Numbered from the stretch's first letter, positions 18,870 through 29,070 are shown. The stretch: DNA of 64,000 bases from a virus (IMGVR_UViG_2724679359_000002:1-64000); one strand, 5' to 3'. Notes: generated by a model not told the origin, from the letters alone. Made by a program: numbers and translations.

Positions 18870-18899
18870 GTCCGTTACCCCCTGTGGGGAATTGTGCAA

Positions 18900-19103
18900 T
18901 TAGTCCCAAAGTTGCAGGGTTTGCGTCGTTGTGGCGGCGCTGACTTCCGGCATTTCCACCGGAAAACCGTGCGGTAACACTGGCCCGATATCCGCTAAAC
19001 CCGGATTGGCCGCCAACACTTGTTCAGTCACGCCCTCGGTGCGGCCGTAGTAGCGCCAACACATGGCGTCAAGGGTGTCGTACTGCTGGGCCAGAATGCG
19101 CAT
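18900..19103 (-). CDS. X: Tail protein X
   Basis: DTLDAMCWRYYGRT...NPGLA...LQLWD. Confidence 0.93.
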   Translation of the reverse strand: MRILAQQYDTLDAMCWRYYGRTEGVTEQVLAANPGLADIGPVLPHGFPVEMPEVSAATTTQTLQLWD

Positions 19104-19594
19104 TAAATCAATTCCACTGTCATGCGGTTGATGGCCTGAATATCGTTAATTGCCCAGGCAGCATCACGGCGCAAATTATCAATGGTGGGTTCCAGTGAAT
19201 CGGCCCGCTTGCCGCCAGTGCCGGTAGTATCAAAGCCACGAAAACGATCAGTTAAACGGGCTTGCATCAGGCAAAACACCGCCGTGCGGTACAACTGAAT
19301 ACGGGTACTTTCCTCATTCAGTTTTTCCGCCGGTACCTCCGCCGCTGACCGATAACCCTGTTTTTGCTGGGTTAAGCGCCAGACTGTCAGCCGATCATTA
19401 ACTTCATTGATGGCAAACAGCGCCGCCTCAATAACGCGCGGCTGGGTGATGGTGCCGTCTTGACGTGATTCTTCGCGGTACTGATTCAGGTCGATATCCG
19501 GCCAGAAACCATCATTTTTGATAACGGCTTTTCCTGTTGGCTCCACCGGTTCTGGTGCCTCTTCTGTCTGATTGGTGTTGATGACGATTTCCAT
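19103..19594 (-). CDS. L: Head completion protein L
   Basis: NDGFWPDI, YRTAVF, RRDAAWAI. Confidence 0.88.
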   Translation of the reverse strand: MEIVINTNQTEEAPEPVEPTGKAVIKNDGFWPDIDLNQYREESRQDGTITQPRVIEAALFAINEVNDRLTVWRLTQQKQGYRSAAEVPAEKLNEESTRIQLYRTAVFCLMQARLTDRFRGFDTTGTGGKRADSLEPTIDNLRRDAAWAINDIQAINRMTVELI

Positions 19595-19693
19595 GCTGAC
19601 ACTCGCAAAATAAACGGGCGGTGGACACTGGCCTTGCCAGGGTAAAAAAATATCCTGACGCGGCTAGCGTGCCGCCCTCGCCGGGGCGTAGGG

Positions 19694-20350
19694 TTATGAG
19701 GCTGCTTTAATCAGCTTCTCAAGATTCTTGATATCGGTTTTCACACCGCTGTTATCGTCCAGTTGTAGCGCTGTTTTCAGGTTTGCCAGTGCGAGAACGC
19801 TGTCGCCGTCCTGACGCAGGGCATAACCAACAAACTTATGCAGCCGGGCGCAAACCATATCGGGCATATCCTGACCGGTTAAAATTTGCTGTGCGCGTAA
19901 TAACTGCTGAGTATCCAGCGGCTTTTGGTCGGTCAAGGTACGCTGTGCAATGGCGGCGACTTCCTCGGCAATCAGGCACGCGGTGGTGCGCTTAAAGCTA
20001 TCCGGCGTCACCAAATCATGCTTGATGGCATACTCCGCAATATCCAGAGCGCGGGTGATATCGCCCACATCCAGATGCCAAATCAACATACGCATCAGAA
20101 TGTCGTCCTGTTCGCCGCTATCTTTCGCCAGCACACCCGCCACCCACGGTTGATAAGTGGGCAACATGCCTTGTTTAACCTCGGCTTTGCGGGCTATTGA
20201 TTCAATACGGCCCAATTGGGCCATATCCTGTTGCAGCTTGAACAACAACAGCTCGTAGTTGCTGGCGTGGCTCAGGTTGGCCGCCTCGCTCAGTGAATCC
20301 GATTGCTGAGCCGCCACGAATAGCCGGTGGCGGCGAACGGGGTTAGTCAT
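19694..20350 (-). CDS. M: Terminase small subunit M
   Basis: QDDILM..LIWHLDVGD...ALDIAEYAI, GVKTDI. Confidence 0.9.
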   Translation of the reverse strand: MTNPVRRHRLFVAAQQSDSLSEAANLSHASNYELLLFKLQQDMAQLGRIESIARKAEVKQGMLPTYQPWVAGVLAKDSGEQDDILMRMLIWHLDVGDITRALDIAEYAIKHDLVTPDSFKRTTACLIAEEVAAIAQRTLTDQKPLDTQQLLRAQQILTGQDMPDMVCARLHKFVGYALRQDGDSVLALANLKTALQLDDNSGVKTDIKNLEKLIKAAS

Positions 20351-20355
20351 AGGAA

Positions 20356-21411
20356 TTAACCCTCTTTTGGCACGGAGAAATCACCGAATTCAATGTTTTC
20401 AATCAGCGCCACGCCGTCAAAATCTTCAACCACATAGGCTTCATTGACTGACTCATAGTTTTCAATGCGATCGCGTTTTGGATTGTCGATAATGTGGCGG
20501 CGGCGGGTGCCGTCTTGCCAATAAATAGACAGGTTATCCAGCCGGGTGATCAAGATGGCATTAGCCGGGAAAGAGGGCGCACGCACTGCGGGCAAACCGC
20601 CAATACGTTTTTGACTGATAATTAAATCAGCGGCCAGTGCTTCGGTGTTCGGCTGTTCCTGATTGACGATCGGGAAGTATTTATCCGCCAACAGTTGACG
20701 GCCAACAATCACCACCAGTTCAGTATCGTCCTGGTACCACGGCTGAATCAGCTCATCAGTGGCGGCCATCACCAGCGCGTCAAGATTATGGAAGTCGCCA
20801 CCCTTGCCGATGCGGATTTTTGGCGAAATGACACTGCCTTGCTCATCAACCACTTTATCCATCACCTGACCTGGCGCATCTTCACGAATGCCTTGTAGCC
20901 AGCCACGGCTTACATCTTCCAGTAGCTTATTAACGGTATGATCAGAGGTTTTTGCGCGGTGAGTACCGTTGAAACCAATCATGATGCGATCAAGTGCCTG
21001 ACGCTTCACAATGGCATCACGGATACGGGTTTGAAAATCAGGGAATTTAGCCCACATATCCAATTTGATATAAGCCAGTGCGGTATCAAAGTTAGTCTGA
21101 GTACAGTTGTATTTTGTCCCATCCAGACCGCTTGGATCGGAGGCTTCACGTTCTTGCTTCGAGGTGTCAGTAGTGCTGGCAATCGGGCGATCAATGCTTA
21201 AGCCAACCTTTTCACCCTCTTTTTCATCCACTGGATATATGTTGATTTTTGACAGAAAAACGCTGCTTTCCTGTTGTTTAGTTTCCAGTTTTTGCGCAAT
21301 AGATGGCTCAACGGTAAATTTCGCGCTGATATCCTCTTTATTGTCCAAATTGTTCAGTTTGGCGACTTGCTGCAAAAACTGGTTGTACTTAAATCGGGTG
21401 GTTTTTTTCAT
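20356..21411 (-). CDS. N: Major capsid protein N
   Basis: RQALDRIMIGFNG, IGGLPAV, DRIENYES. Confidence 0.95.
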   Translation of the reverse strand: MKKTTRFKYNQFLQQVAKLNNLDNKEDISAKFTVEPSIAQKLETKQQESSVFLSKINIYPVDEKEGEKVGLSIDRPIASTTDTSKQEREASDPSGLDGTKYNCTQTNFDTALAYIKLDMWAKFPDFQTRIRDAIVKRQALDRIMIGFNGTHRAKTSDHTVNKLLEDVSRGWLQGIREDAPGQVMDKVVDEQGSVISPKIRIGKGGDFHNLDALVMAATDELIQPWYQDDTELVVIVGRQLLADKYFPIVNQEQPNTEALAADLIISQKRIGGLPAVRAPSFPANAILITRLDNLSIYWQDGTRRRHIIDNPKRDRIENYESVNEAYVVEDFDGVALIENIEFGDFSVPKEG

Positions 21412-21447
21412 TTGAAATTAAATCCTTAGCATAGCAAGCAGAATGAC

Positions 21448-22260
21448 TTAGCAATCAGTCAGAATGGCACTGTCGCTACCGGTTGAGCGCTCGCGCTGGG
21501 AGAAGTTGCGATCTGTTTTACTGAGTGTGGTTTTAAGCTCGGCAAGCTCTTGATTCGTTGCATCACTGGCGATTTTCAGCTCAGAAAACTGCTGCTCCAG
21601 TGCGGTAAGGGCGCTAAATTTCCCCTCAACTTGTTGCGCGACCAATTCAACCGCCTGATGCACATCATTAAGACGTGCGTCATCACCGGTTTGCTTTTTA
21701 GTAAACATGGCTTTAATGGTGGTAAGCAGGTTGGTTTTCGATTCCTGCTCGGCTTCAAATTCCAGATTGATTTCGGTGGCTTCGGTAAAAATAGCGTCCG
21801 ACTGACTTTTGCGCGATGCCAGCGGGCTGTGTTCGATTTGTGCGCAGAATGTCAGCATTTCAGCCCCCAATGAGGCGGGGGTGTCAGTAAAACCAATGCC
21901 GGTCAAATAGGCTTTGCCGGTATCCGCGAATTTCTCAATATATTCAATGCTGGAGTAGACCTTTTGCCGCGCCTGACGCAGTTTCACCAAATCGTCAGTG
22001 GCATCGACCTGGACAAGCAGCGCTAATTTGCCTTTCAGTGGCCCGTCACTGATTTCTTCATATTTAACTGCCGCGATATCGCCATAGGCGCGAAACAGGC
22101 TATCGGGCAAAACACTCTTGATATGTTCCAGATTGGCACGCGAGCCACGGAATGCCGGGTTATAGCTTTCGGCCATTTCAATGATGTGTGCGCGGGGAAC
22201 ATGGCGGCCATCACTGGTGGCACCCTCCACCACGGCACGGAAAAACTTGGATATTGGCAT
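21448..22260 (-). CDS. O: Capsid scaffolding/protease O
   Basis: EGATSDGR, NLEH, QKVYSSIE, TDTPASLG, LTDC end. Confidence 0.92.
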   Translation of the reverse strand: MPISKFFRAVVEGATSDGRHVPRAHIIEMAESYNPAFRGSRANLEHIKSVLPDSLFRAYGDIAAVKYEEISDGPLKGKLALLVQVDATDDLVKLRQARQKVYSSIEYIEKFADTGKAYLTGIGFTDTPASLGAEMLTFCAQIEHSPLASRKSQSDAIFTEATEINLEFEAEQESKTNLLTTIKAMFTKKQTGDDARLNDVHQAVELVAQQVEGKFSALTALEQQFSELKIASDATNQELAELKTTLSKTDRNFSQRERSTGSDSAILTDC

Positions 22261-22336
22261 GTGATTGATTCCGGTTTGATTCGATAGTAGTGACCTATGT
22301 TGGCGACCGGCGGCAAACGGAACAATCAGGCGCTGT

Positions 22337-22354
22337 TGTGCCATGGCTGGCACA
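22337..22354. promoter_or_regulatory. Ogr site of the divergent pO/pP late promoters
   Basis: TGT-N12-ACA between O and P. Confidence 0.8.
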
Positions 22355-22428
22355 AGGTGTAATGCGGGATGGAGGCGGTGCGGATAGGTAGCCTTGCTGC
22401 AATTAAGCAATAAAACAGGCTATTTAAC

Positions 22429-24192
22429 ATGGAAAGCGTTGCTATCAATGCCGATTTAGACCCCCGCCGTCAAGCCATGTATCTGTATTGGCAAGGGCTG
22501 CGTATCGCCCGAATTGCGGAAATGATCGGTGAGAAAGCCGTCACGGTACACAGTTGGAAGCGCCGCGACAAGTGGGACGCGTACGGGCCATTGGATCAGA
22601 TGCAGCTGACCACGGCAGCGGAATATTGCCGCCTGATAATGAAGCCTGTCAAGGAGCCGAAAGACTACAAAGAGATTGATTTGCTGGGCCGACAAGCCGA
22701 GCGTCACGCTCGCATTGGTAAATACAATGATGGCGGCAACGAGGCCGATCTCAACCCCAATATTGAGAAGCGCAACAGCGGAACACGCAAGGCACCGCAG
22801 AAAAATATATTCAGTGAGGCGCAAGTTGCCAGGCTGAAAGATATTTTCAATGAATCCATGTTCGACTATCAGCGCAACTGGTATGAGGCTGGTTTATCGC
22901 CTGATTTCCGCATTCGTAACTTTTTAAAATCGCGCCAAGTCGGTGCAACCTACTTTTTCTCATGGGAAGCGCTGCTCGATGCGCTCGACACTGGCCGCAA
23001 CCAAATGTTTGTTTCGGCCTCAAAAGCGCAGGCGCACCAGTTTAAAAATTATATTGTGGCGGCGGCGCGTCAAGTGGATGTTGATTTGCGCGGTGAGGTA
23101 ATTATTTTGCCCAATGGCGCTGAAATGCACTTTCTCGGCACTAACGCCAGCACCGCACAGGGCCGCCCCGGCAATCTCTATCTGGATGAGTATTTTTGGA
23201 TACCCGGCTTTCAGAAGTTACGTCGTGCCGCATCGGGTATGGCCTCGCAGAAAAAGTATCGCGCTACCTATTTTTCCACCCCGTCCAGCACCTCACATGA
23301 GGCTTACCCGTTCTGGGCTGGCACCCTATTTAACAAAGGTAAAGCAAAAGATAAACGCATTGAAATTGATGTCAGCTACCCCCGATTGGCGGCTGGCCGG
23401 TTGTGTGAGGATAAGCAGTACCGGCAGATTGTCACTATTGAGGACGCACTGAAAGGCGGCTGCGACCTGTTTGATATTGATGAATTACGCAATGAAAACA
23501 GTGATGAAGATTTTGAAAACCTGTTTATGTGCGGCTTTATTGATGATAACGCCTCCACGTTCAAACTGGCCGAAATGCAGCGTTGCATGGTGGATAGCTG
23601 GGAAAAATGGACAGACGTCAAACTGCTGGCGCTACGCCCGTTTGGTGATAGGCCGGTGTGGATTGGCTACGACCCGGCCAGCACCGGTGATAGTGCCGGT
23701 TGTGCGGTGATTGCGCCGCCAGTGGTGGCGGGCGGTAAATTCAGGGTATTGGAGCGCCATCAGTGGAAAGGGATGGATTTTGCTGACCAGGCCAGCAATA
23801 TCAAAAAAATCACCGAGCGCTATAACGTCACTTACATCGGTATTGATGATACCGGGCTGGGCCGCTCCGTGACGCAATTAGTACGGCAATTCTTCCCGGC
23901 GGTTAACGCCATTCACTACAGCTTAGAAATGAAAGCTGACCTGATTTATAAGGCCAAAAATATTATTCATGGCGGCCGTCTGGAGTTTGACGCGGGCTGC
24001 ATTGATATTGCCACCGCGTTTATGTCTATCCGCAAAACCATGACCGCCACCGGCCGCAACGCCACTTTTGTCACTGACCGCTCAAAAGACGTCAGCCACG
24101 GTGATGTGGCCTGGGCCATTATGCACGCCTTATTCCATGAGCCTCTTGAGGGCATTAACAGCAATAACACCAGTGTGATGGAGATATATTAA
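22429..24192 (+). CDS. P: Terminase large (ATPase/nuclease) subunit
   Basis: KSRQVGAT Walker A, YLDE Walker B, FSTP, IGYDP nuclease motif. Confidence 0.95.
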   Translation: MESVAINADLDPRRQAMYLYWQGLRIARIAEMIGEKAVTVHSWKRRDKWDAYGPLDQMQLTTAAEYCRLIMKPVKEPKDYKEIDLLGRQAERHARIGKYNDGGNEADLNPNIEKRNSGTRKAPQKNIFSEAQVARLKDIFNESMFDYQRNWYEAGLSPDFRIRNFLKSRQVGATYFFSWEALLDALDTGRNQMFVSASKAQAHQFKNYIVAAARQVDVDLRGEVIILPNGAEMHFLGTNASTAQGRPGNLYLDEYFWIPGFQKLRRAASGMASQKKYRATYFSTPSSTSHEAYPFWAGTLFNKGKAKDKRIEIDVSYPRLAAGRLCEDKQYRQIVTIEDALKGGCDLFDIDELRNENSDEDFENLFMCGFIDDNASTFKLAEMQRCMVDSWEKWTDVKLLALRPFGDRPVWIGYDPASTGDSAGCAVIAPPVVAGGKFRVLERHQWKGMDFADQASNIKKITERYNVTYIGIDDTGLGRSVTQLVRQFFPAVNAIHYSLEMKADLIYKAKNIIHGGRLEFDAGCIDIATAFMSIRKTMTATGRNATFVTDRSKDVSHGDVAWAIMHALFHEPLEGINSNNTSVMEIY

Positions 24193-25232
24193 TGAGTAAA
24201 CGCAACAGGAAAAGCCGCCCGATCAAAGTAACAGCGGCCATAGCGGGCAATAGCACACCACAAGCCGAGACGTTTACGTTTGACGACCCGATCCCGATGA
24301 TGGATCAGCGCGATATTCTGGATTATCTGGAATGTGCAGTAATGGATCGCTGGTATGAGCCGCCGGTATCATTCAACGGTCTGGCTAAATCATTCCGCGC
24401 GGCGGTGCATCATAGCTCGCCTATCTATATGAAACGTAATGTACTGGTTAGCCTGTTTGAGCCGCACCGGCTGCTATCAAAGCAGGATTTTAGCCGCTAT
24501 GCGCTGGATTTTTTGGTGTTCGCCAACTCATTTTTAGAGGTCCGCTATAACCGGCTGGGTGGTATTATGAAACTGGTTCCCAGCCCGGCAAAATATACCC
24601 GCCGAGGCGTGGAGACTGACACCTATTGGTATGTCTCATCCTATGCCAACCCACACCCTTTTGAAGCAAACAGCGTTTTTCACCTGCTAGACCCGGATAT
24701 TAACCAAGAGATCTACGGCGTTCCTGAATATCTCGCCTCGCTAAATTCGACCTGGCTTAATGAAGCCGCAACGCTATTTCGCCGTAAATATTATCTGAAT
24801 GGTAGTCATGCCGGATTTATCCTGTATATGAACGACGCCGCCCACAAACAGGAGGATATCGACGCCTTACGCAAGGCGCTGAAAGAATCCAAAGGGCCGG
24901 GCAATTTCCGCAATCTGTTTATGTACGCCCCAGCCGGTAAAAAAGACGGGATACAGGTGATCCCATTAGCAGAAGTGGCGGCGAAAGATGAATTCGCCAG
25001 TATTAAGAATGTCACCCGCGACGACCAGCTCGCTATGCAGCGAGTACCACCGCAATTGATGGGTATTTTACCCAACAACACCGGCGGATTTGGTGATGTG
25101 GAAAAGGCCGCGCGAGTATTCGCCATTAACGAACTGGCCCCCTTGCAGGAGCGGCTGATGGAAATTAATGACTGGGTAGGGGAGGAGGTGGTGAGGTTCC
25201 GCCCCTATGATTTATTGGTTTCTGCGGGCTAA
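24192..25232 (+). CDS. Q: Portal protein
   Basis: WYEPP, QEIYGVPEY, FRRKYY.NG, RVPPQLMG. Confidence 0.95.
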   Translation: MSKRNRKSRPIKVTAAIAGNSTPQAETFTFDDPIPMMDQRDILDYLECAVMDRWYEPPVSFNGLAKSFRAAVHHSSPIYMKRNVLVSLFEPHRLLSKQDFSRYALDFLVFANSFLEVRYNRLGGIMKLVPSPAKYTRRGVETDTYWYVSSYANPHPFEANSVFHLLDPDINQEIYGVPEYLASLNSTWLNEAATLFRRKYYLNGSHAGFILYMNDAAHKQEDIDALRKALKESKGPGNFRNLFMYAPAGKKDGIQVIPLAEVAAKDEFASIKNVTRDDQLAMQRVPPQLMGILPNNTGGFGDVEKAARVFAINELAPLQERLMEINDWVGEEVVRFRPYDLLVSAG

Positions 25233-25919
25233 CTAGTTCGGGGATATTTCAGCACTATCTAGCTCTGTGCTGATAGATGATTCATTCTCGATAGGGCTGT
25301 GAAGTTCATTGGGCTGGTTGTTGAAGTGTTTAATGAAATTTTCAGCCATAGAGATACTATTTCCTATATATAAGCTCCAGAATGCGAGCGCAAGAAAAAG
25401 TAGTGATATAAATATCCAGACTATAATACGACCAAGTTCATTAATTAGAGTTGAGTTTGAATGGAAGATCTCAGGATTAGTTATTATTTCATTGCTGATT
25501 ATGAATGTATATGCCATTACCAGTACAGCGCAACAGAGAAGATATGAAATAAAATAACCTATCTTTTTTATATTTCTTTTGGTTTTAGATTCGAAACCAT
25601 CTGCATAGATAGCTAGGTTTTCATTGACTACATAGCAAACTTTTGAATGGCAATTAGCATGTTCAAAAAACAAGATAGATCTTGATGGATGGGTAGAATT
25701 TAATAGTAAACTAATTTCATCGAAAGTAGTATTTTGACATTTTGTTAGCCAGAAAAATAACTTTTCAACAAGATATTTATTACATGGTTTTTTTTCATAT
25801 TCAGCAATTAATTCGATGTCTAATTTGTATTTATCTTTCCACACTGTGTGTCGATAAACAACAAAAGGTACAATAGTTCCTACAAGTACGCCTAAAAGTG
25901 AAAGTAGTATTGATGCCAT
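25233..25919 (-). CDS. AT-rich membrane protein (about 3 TM), moron
   Basis: 228-aa ORF with one N-terminal and two C-terminal hydrophobic segments; convergent with Q. Confidence 0.75.
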   Translation of the reverse strand: MASILLSLLGVLVGTIVPFVVYRHTVWKDKYKLDIELIAEYEKKPCNKYLVEKLFFWLTKCQNTTFDEISLLLNSTHPSRSILFFEHANCHSKVCYVVNENLAIYADGFESKTKRNIKKIGYFISYLLCCAVLVMAYTFIISNEIITNPEIFHSNSTLINELGRIIVWIFISLLFLALAFWSLYIGNSISMAENFIKHFNNQPNELHSPIENESSISTELDSAEISPN

Positions 25920-26008
25920 TTTTCACATTCCTTTTAAAATAATAATTACCCAACATTTTATACTAAGTGTTCCCGAACTGCCTGTCACATCCCACGGATT
26001 TTACTTTC

Positions 26009-26022
26009 TGTGACATGTCACA
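26009..26022. promoter_or_regulatory. Perfect palindrome TGTGACATGTCACA with flanking TGTCAC half-sites
   Basis: Half-sites at 25983 and 26049; counterpart at 63106-63119. Confidence 0.55.
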
Positions 26023-26231
26023 AGGCTCTTGATTTTGTTTCTATGCCATGTCACGTTTTTAAAAGAGCAAGCCGCAACGACCACCTCGAAAATCTGTGAT
26101 AATTGCTCAAATTGTTTAGTAAGCTGACCACTACAGCCCTGCAAGTTCAAGACGCAACAATCCGCATTATTCTATTCACCTCTTAATCATTATCTAAGCC
26201 GTGCCAGCACTGGGTTTTTAACTACTTTCTA

Positions 26232-26290
26232 ACTGCATAAAAACTGAATATTTAGTCACGCAAAGCGCGGGCGGGGGGAGCGCACGGAAA
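26232..26290. other. cos-like packaging site of prophage 1
   Basis: Minus strand GCGCTCCCCCCGCCCGCGCTTTG...TTTTTATGCAG resembles the prophage 2 cos context CCCCGCC...GCGCGCTTTG...TTTTCATGCAC. Confidence 0.5.
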
Positions 26291-26738
26291 GAGGTGTGAG
26301 CGGTACTTCAATCCTCCTCATATATGCCCGAAATCACCCCCTGAATGCATGTGCGGCACCCTGCCTTTTTGGCTCGAAACGATTCGTTATGAGAAGGTGA
26401 AATAAAAACGCGCCTCTCTGTGTAGTGTAGAGGCGCTTTTGTGTGGGGTAATTTGGGGGGGGTAAATTAGATGTGATTTTTATTCTATTCAAATTGACGC
26501 ATATCTATTCATTTTCATATCTTATCCAATATTGCCGTGGTACACTATTAGCACCCGCTATAGGTTTTTTAACATCAGTTTCTTATAGTTTTGCGTCTAT
26601 ATACTCATGAGCTACAACGCTTAAAAGAAGCAGCTCAAACCTCTTTAGCCTCAAAAACACATTGTTATTGTGTGATTTATCTTCATCCTTGTGTAGCATG
26701 TACATAAAAATTGAATACTTAAAGGCTAAGACGGCAGA

Positions 26739-27605
26739 ATGCTATATAAATTTTTCACTTTAAATGATAATTCTCTATCCTCCTTATATAATTCTTCTCT
26801 CTGGTTTTCAAAGGTCTGCGATTTCAATGATCCGTTTGAGGGTCAGGTTAAAATAATAGATGGAGAATTGACAGATTCTAATATGGTTAAATTGATTAAA
26901 GCTATGAATTCATCAGGAGAGTTGAATAGGTTTCTGAATTTAAAAAACTCTAATGAAACATTAGATGTACTCGCAAAAATAATGATACTGAATAAAGGTG
27001 AAACACTTAAGAATGAAATTCTTAGAATAGCTAGGCATGCCTTTAATACTGTTGTTGAGAGCTACACAAATGGCGGAGCTTGCTGCTTTGTTTCTGATGG
27101 AAATCCATCTGACGATTCGCTAAGCCCTTTAACAAGTAGACTTATGTGGGGACATTACGGTAACGGCCTTCGTGGGTTTGCATTGAAATTTAGAGATGAC
27201 ATATTCTGTGATGTAAATAGCGAGCTAAAAAAAGAAATTATTTCTGGGCCATATAAAATAGATTATATAAATGATTATCCTGTTGTTAATTTAATTGAGT
27301 TATCTAACCAACTTTATGTCGAAAAAAACGAACTTAAGGTGTTTAAACACATCGGTAAGTTAACTTCATCTAAAAATAAAGACTGGGAGTATGAGCAAGA
27401 AGTTAGATATATCTCAATGGAGGGGAACAGGCTTTTCAAGTACAGTCCTGAGCATATTGAATTACTTTGCATTGGTGAAAAAATGCCTAATTATCAAGTT
27501 AAGTGTTTATTATCAATTGCAAAGGAATTAGGAATAAAGAAAATTTGCAGAACAACGCTATCAAATGATAGTTATACAATAGGATTAGATTACCAAATTT
27601 CTTAG
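26739..27605 (+). CDS. DUF2971-like protein
   Basis: LYKF, LWFS...FNDPFEG, LMWGHYG, K..DWEYEQEVR motifs; AT-rich. Confidence 0.8.
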   Translation: MLYKFFTLNDNSLSSLYNSSLWFSKVCDFNDPFEGQVKIIDGELTDSNMVKLIKAMNSSGELNRFLNLKNSNETLDVLAKIMILNKGETLKNEILRIARHAFNTVVESYTNGGACCFVSDGNPSDDSLSPLTSRLMWGHYGNGLRGFALKFRDDIFCDVNSELKKEIISGPYKIDYINDYPVVNLIELSNQLYVEKNELKVFKHIGKLTSSKNKDWEYEQEVRYISMEGNRLFKYSPEHIELLCIGEKMPNYQVKCLLSIAKELGIKKICRTTLSNDSYTIGLDYQIS

Positions 27606-27639
27606 ACACATTTTTAATTTACTTGGCTGCGGGTAAACT

Positions 27640-28587
27640 ATGACTATTACAGACTTCCTCATTATGAACCAAAATACTGATGCGATAGTTGAAGCTATCG
27701 AGTCACTTCGGCCTACAACCGACTATGCGAAAGATTATCTTTTTCCTGTAGCGTTAGCGTTCGGTTCAGCCTTTTTTGGGGGCTTATCTGCCGTATATAT
27801 CAACAAAATACAGGGTCTGCAAAGAATCGCCAGAGACAATCTTGTTACATCCATACAGGCCGTAGCTCTTGCTCAAGACTGTATCAGTCACTTGGTTTCT
27901 ATCAAGGCCAACTATATTGACATTGATAGCGATGAACCGCTAGCAAGAGCTATGGCTTTCGCTACGATAGTTACCAAGTTTGAGGATGTAACATTCAGCA
28001 CTAACGGTCTATATTTTATACGATCCATACCTACAGCAAACAAAACATGCTTCGAGTCTATCGCATGGAAAATCAAGCATCGCATCTTGAAGATGAAGGT
28101 CAAAACTCCATCCCCCGAAGAGCTGAGGAAAACATGGAGAAACAGCGTTAGAGTTGGCGCTATGTTCGGTAACTATAACGAGGCAATGGGCTTGCTTCGG
28201 TTCAGAAATGAATTGAGTGAACAAGTTAAAGAAAAGATTCCTCTTGATAGTAATGGATTAACGCTTGAAAAGTTCCAGATTATTCTTGGCCACAAACTTT
28301 GTGGCGGATATGTGGACATAACAGAATCTTCTATCGCACTTATAGACAATCTGATAGTTGAGTTTCATCACTTCCTGTTAGAGTTTCCCGCCATTGCTGC
28401 GAGTAATATTGAGTTAAGCAGGATCAGAGAGTGGGGAGGGATTCCAACCTATGAGAATAAGCAGGAATCATATTTGAAATGCTTGGAGCCTATAATCAAA
28501 CCAGATTTTTCAAAGTTTTCAACTTACACAGGAATGTCAGAACAAGATGCGAAAAAACGGTACATGTTCAAATCATGGTATGACTAA
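27640..28587 (+). CDS. Hypothetical protein with N-terminal TM segment
   Basis: 315-aa ORF with LFPVALAFGSAFFGGLSAVYI segment; 34 nt after the DUF2971-like gene. Confidence 0.75.
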   Translation: MTITDFLIMNQNTDAIVEAIESLRPTTDYAKDYLFPVALAFGSAFFGGLSAVYINKIQGLQRIARDNLVTSIQAVALAQDCISHLVSIKANYIDIDSDEPLARAMAFATIVTKFEDVTFSTNGLYFIRSIPTANKTCFESIAWKIKHRILKMKVKTPSPEELRKTWRNSVRVGAMFGNYNEAMGLLRFRNELSEQVKEKIPLDSNGLTLEKFQIILGHKLCGGYVDITESSIALIDNLIVEFHHFLLEFPAIAASNIELSRIREWGGIPTYENKQESYLKCLEPIIKPDFSKFSTYTGMSEQDAKKRYMFKSWYD

Positions 28588-28712
28588 AAGTGTTAGTTAT
28601 CGTGTGTAAAGGGCTACTAGATTGGATAATATGTATTAGCTCAAACATGGCCTGATAGCCGTCTATGAGCCACAACGAAAATATGTGGCTTTTTTACACA
28701 TTTATCAGTCAG

Positions 28713-29057
28713 CTAAATTGTATCCAACATCAGTTTCTTATACCCCAACGTCTGCCAACACTCCGTGTCCCCCTGCAAACAGCAACCAGCCTTATCACCC
28801 GGCAATGTGTCACCGCACCGCTTACAACTACCTTTCCTCAACTCATTAAGCTGCTTGTGTAGCAATTTATTGTCTTGGCGAAGCAAGCCGATCAAATACT
28901 CGGCCCGCTCATAAGGCCCGCGAGCAATGCGGCGCTGTTCGCAGCCCTCCAAAAGCATTGCCATTTCTGCGGTATCTATACGCAAAGTAAGCTCGGTGAT
29001 GCCTAACTCTTTATCGCGCTGGCGCTGGGCGCGTTTACGTTCGCTTACTGCTGTCAT
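28713..29057 (-). CDS. Phage DNA-binding (RHH-like) protein with Cys-rich C-terminus
   Basis: ERKRAQRQR...CKRCGD.LPG...CC...CW; clear homolog at 63115-63474. Confidence 0.8.
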   Translation of the reverse strand: MTAVSERKRAQRQRDKELGITELTLRIDTAEMAMLLEGCEQRRIARGPYERAEYLIGLLRQDNKLLHKQLNELRKGSCKRCGDTLPGDKAGCCLQGDTECWQTLGYKKLMLDTI

Positions 29058-29070
29058 AATCAGCCACCTT

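Noticed and set aside
22260-22410. N-terminal extensions of O (and of V, I, R, Q and dam) in the ORF track
   Set aside because: They run through promoters or upstream genes; downstream ATGs match the family N-termini.
26009-26022. CRP binding site
   Set aside because: The spacer between TGTGA and TCACA is 4 bp, not the 6 bp CRP needs; kept only as an unexplained palindrome.
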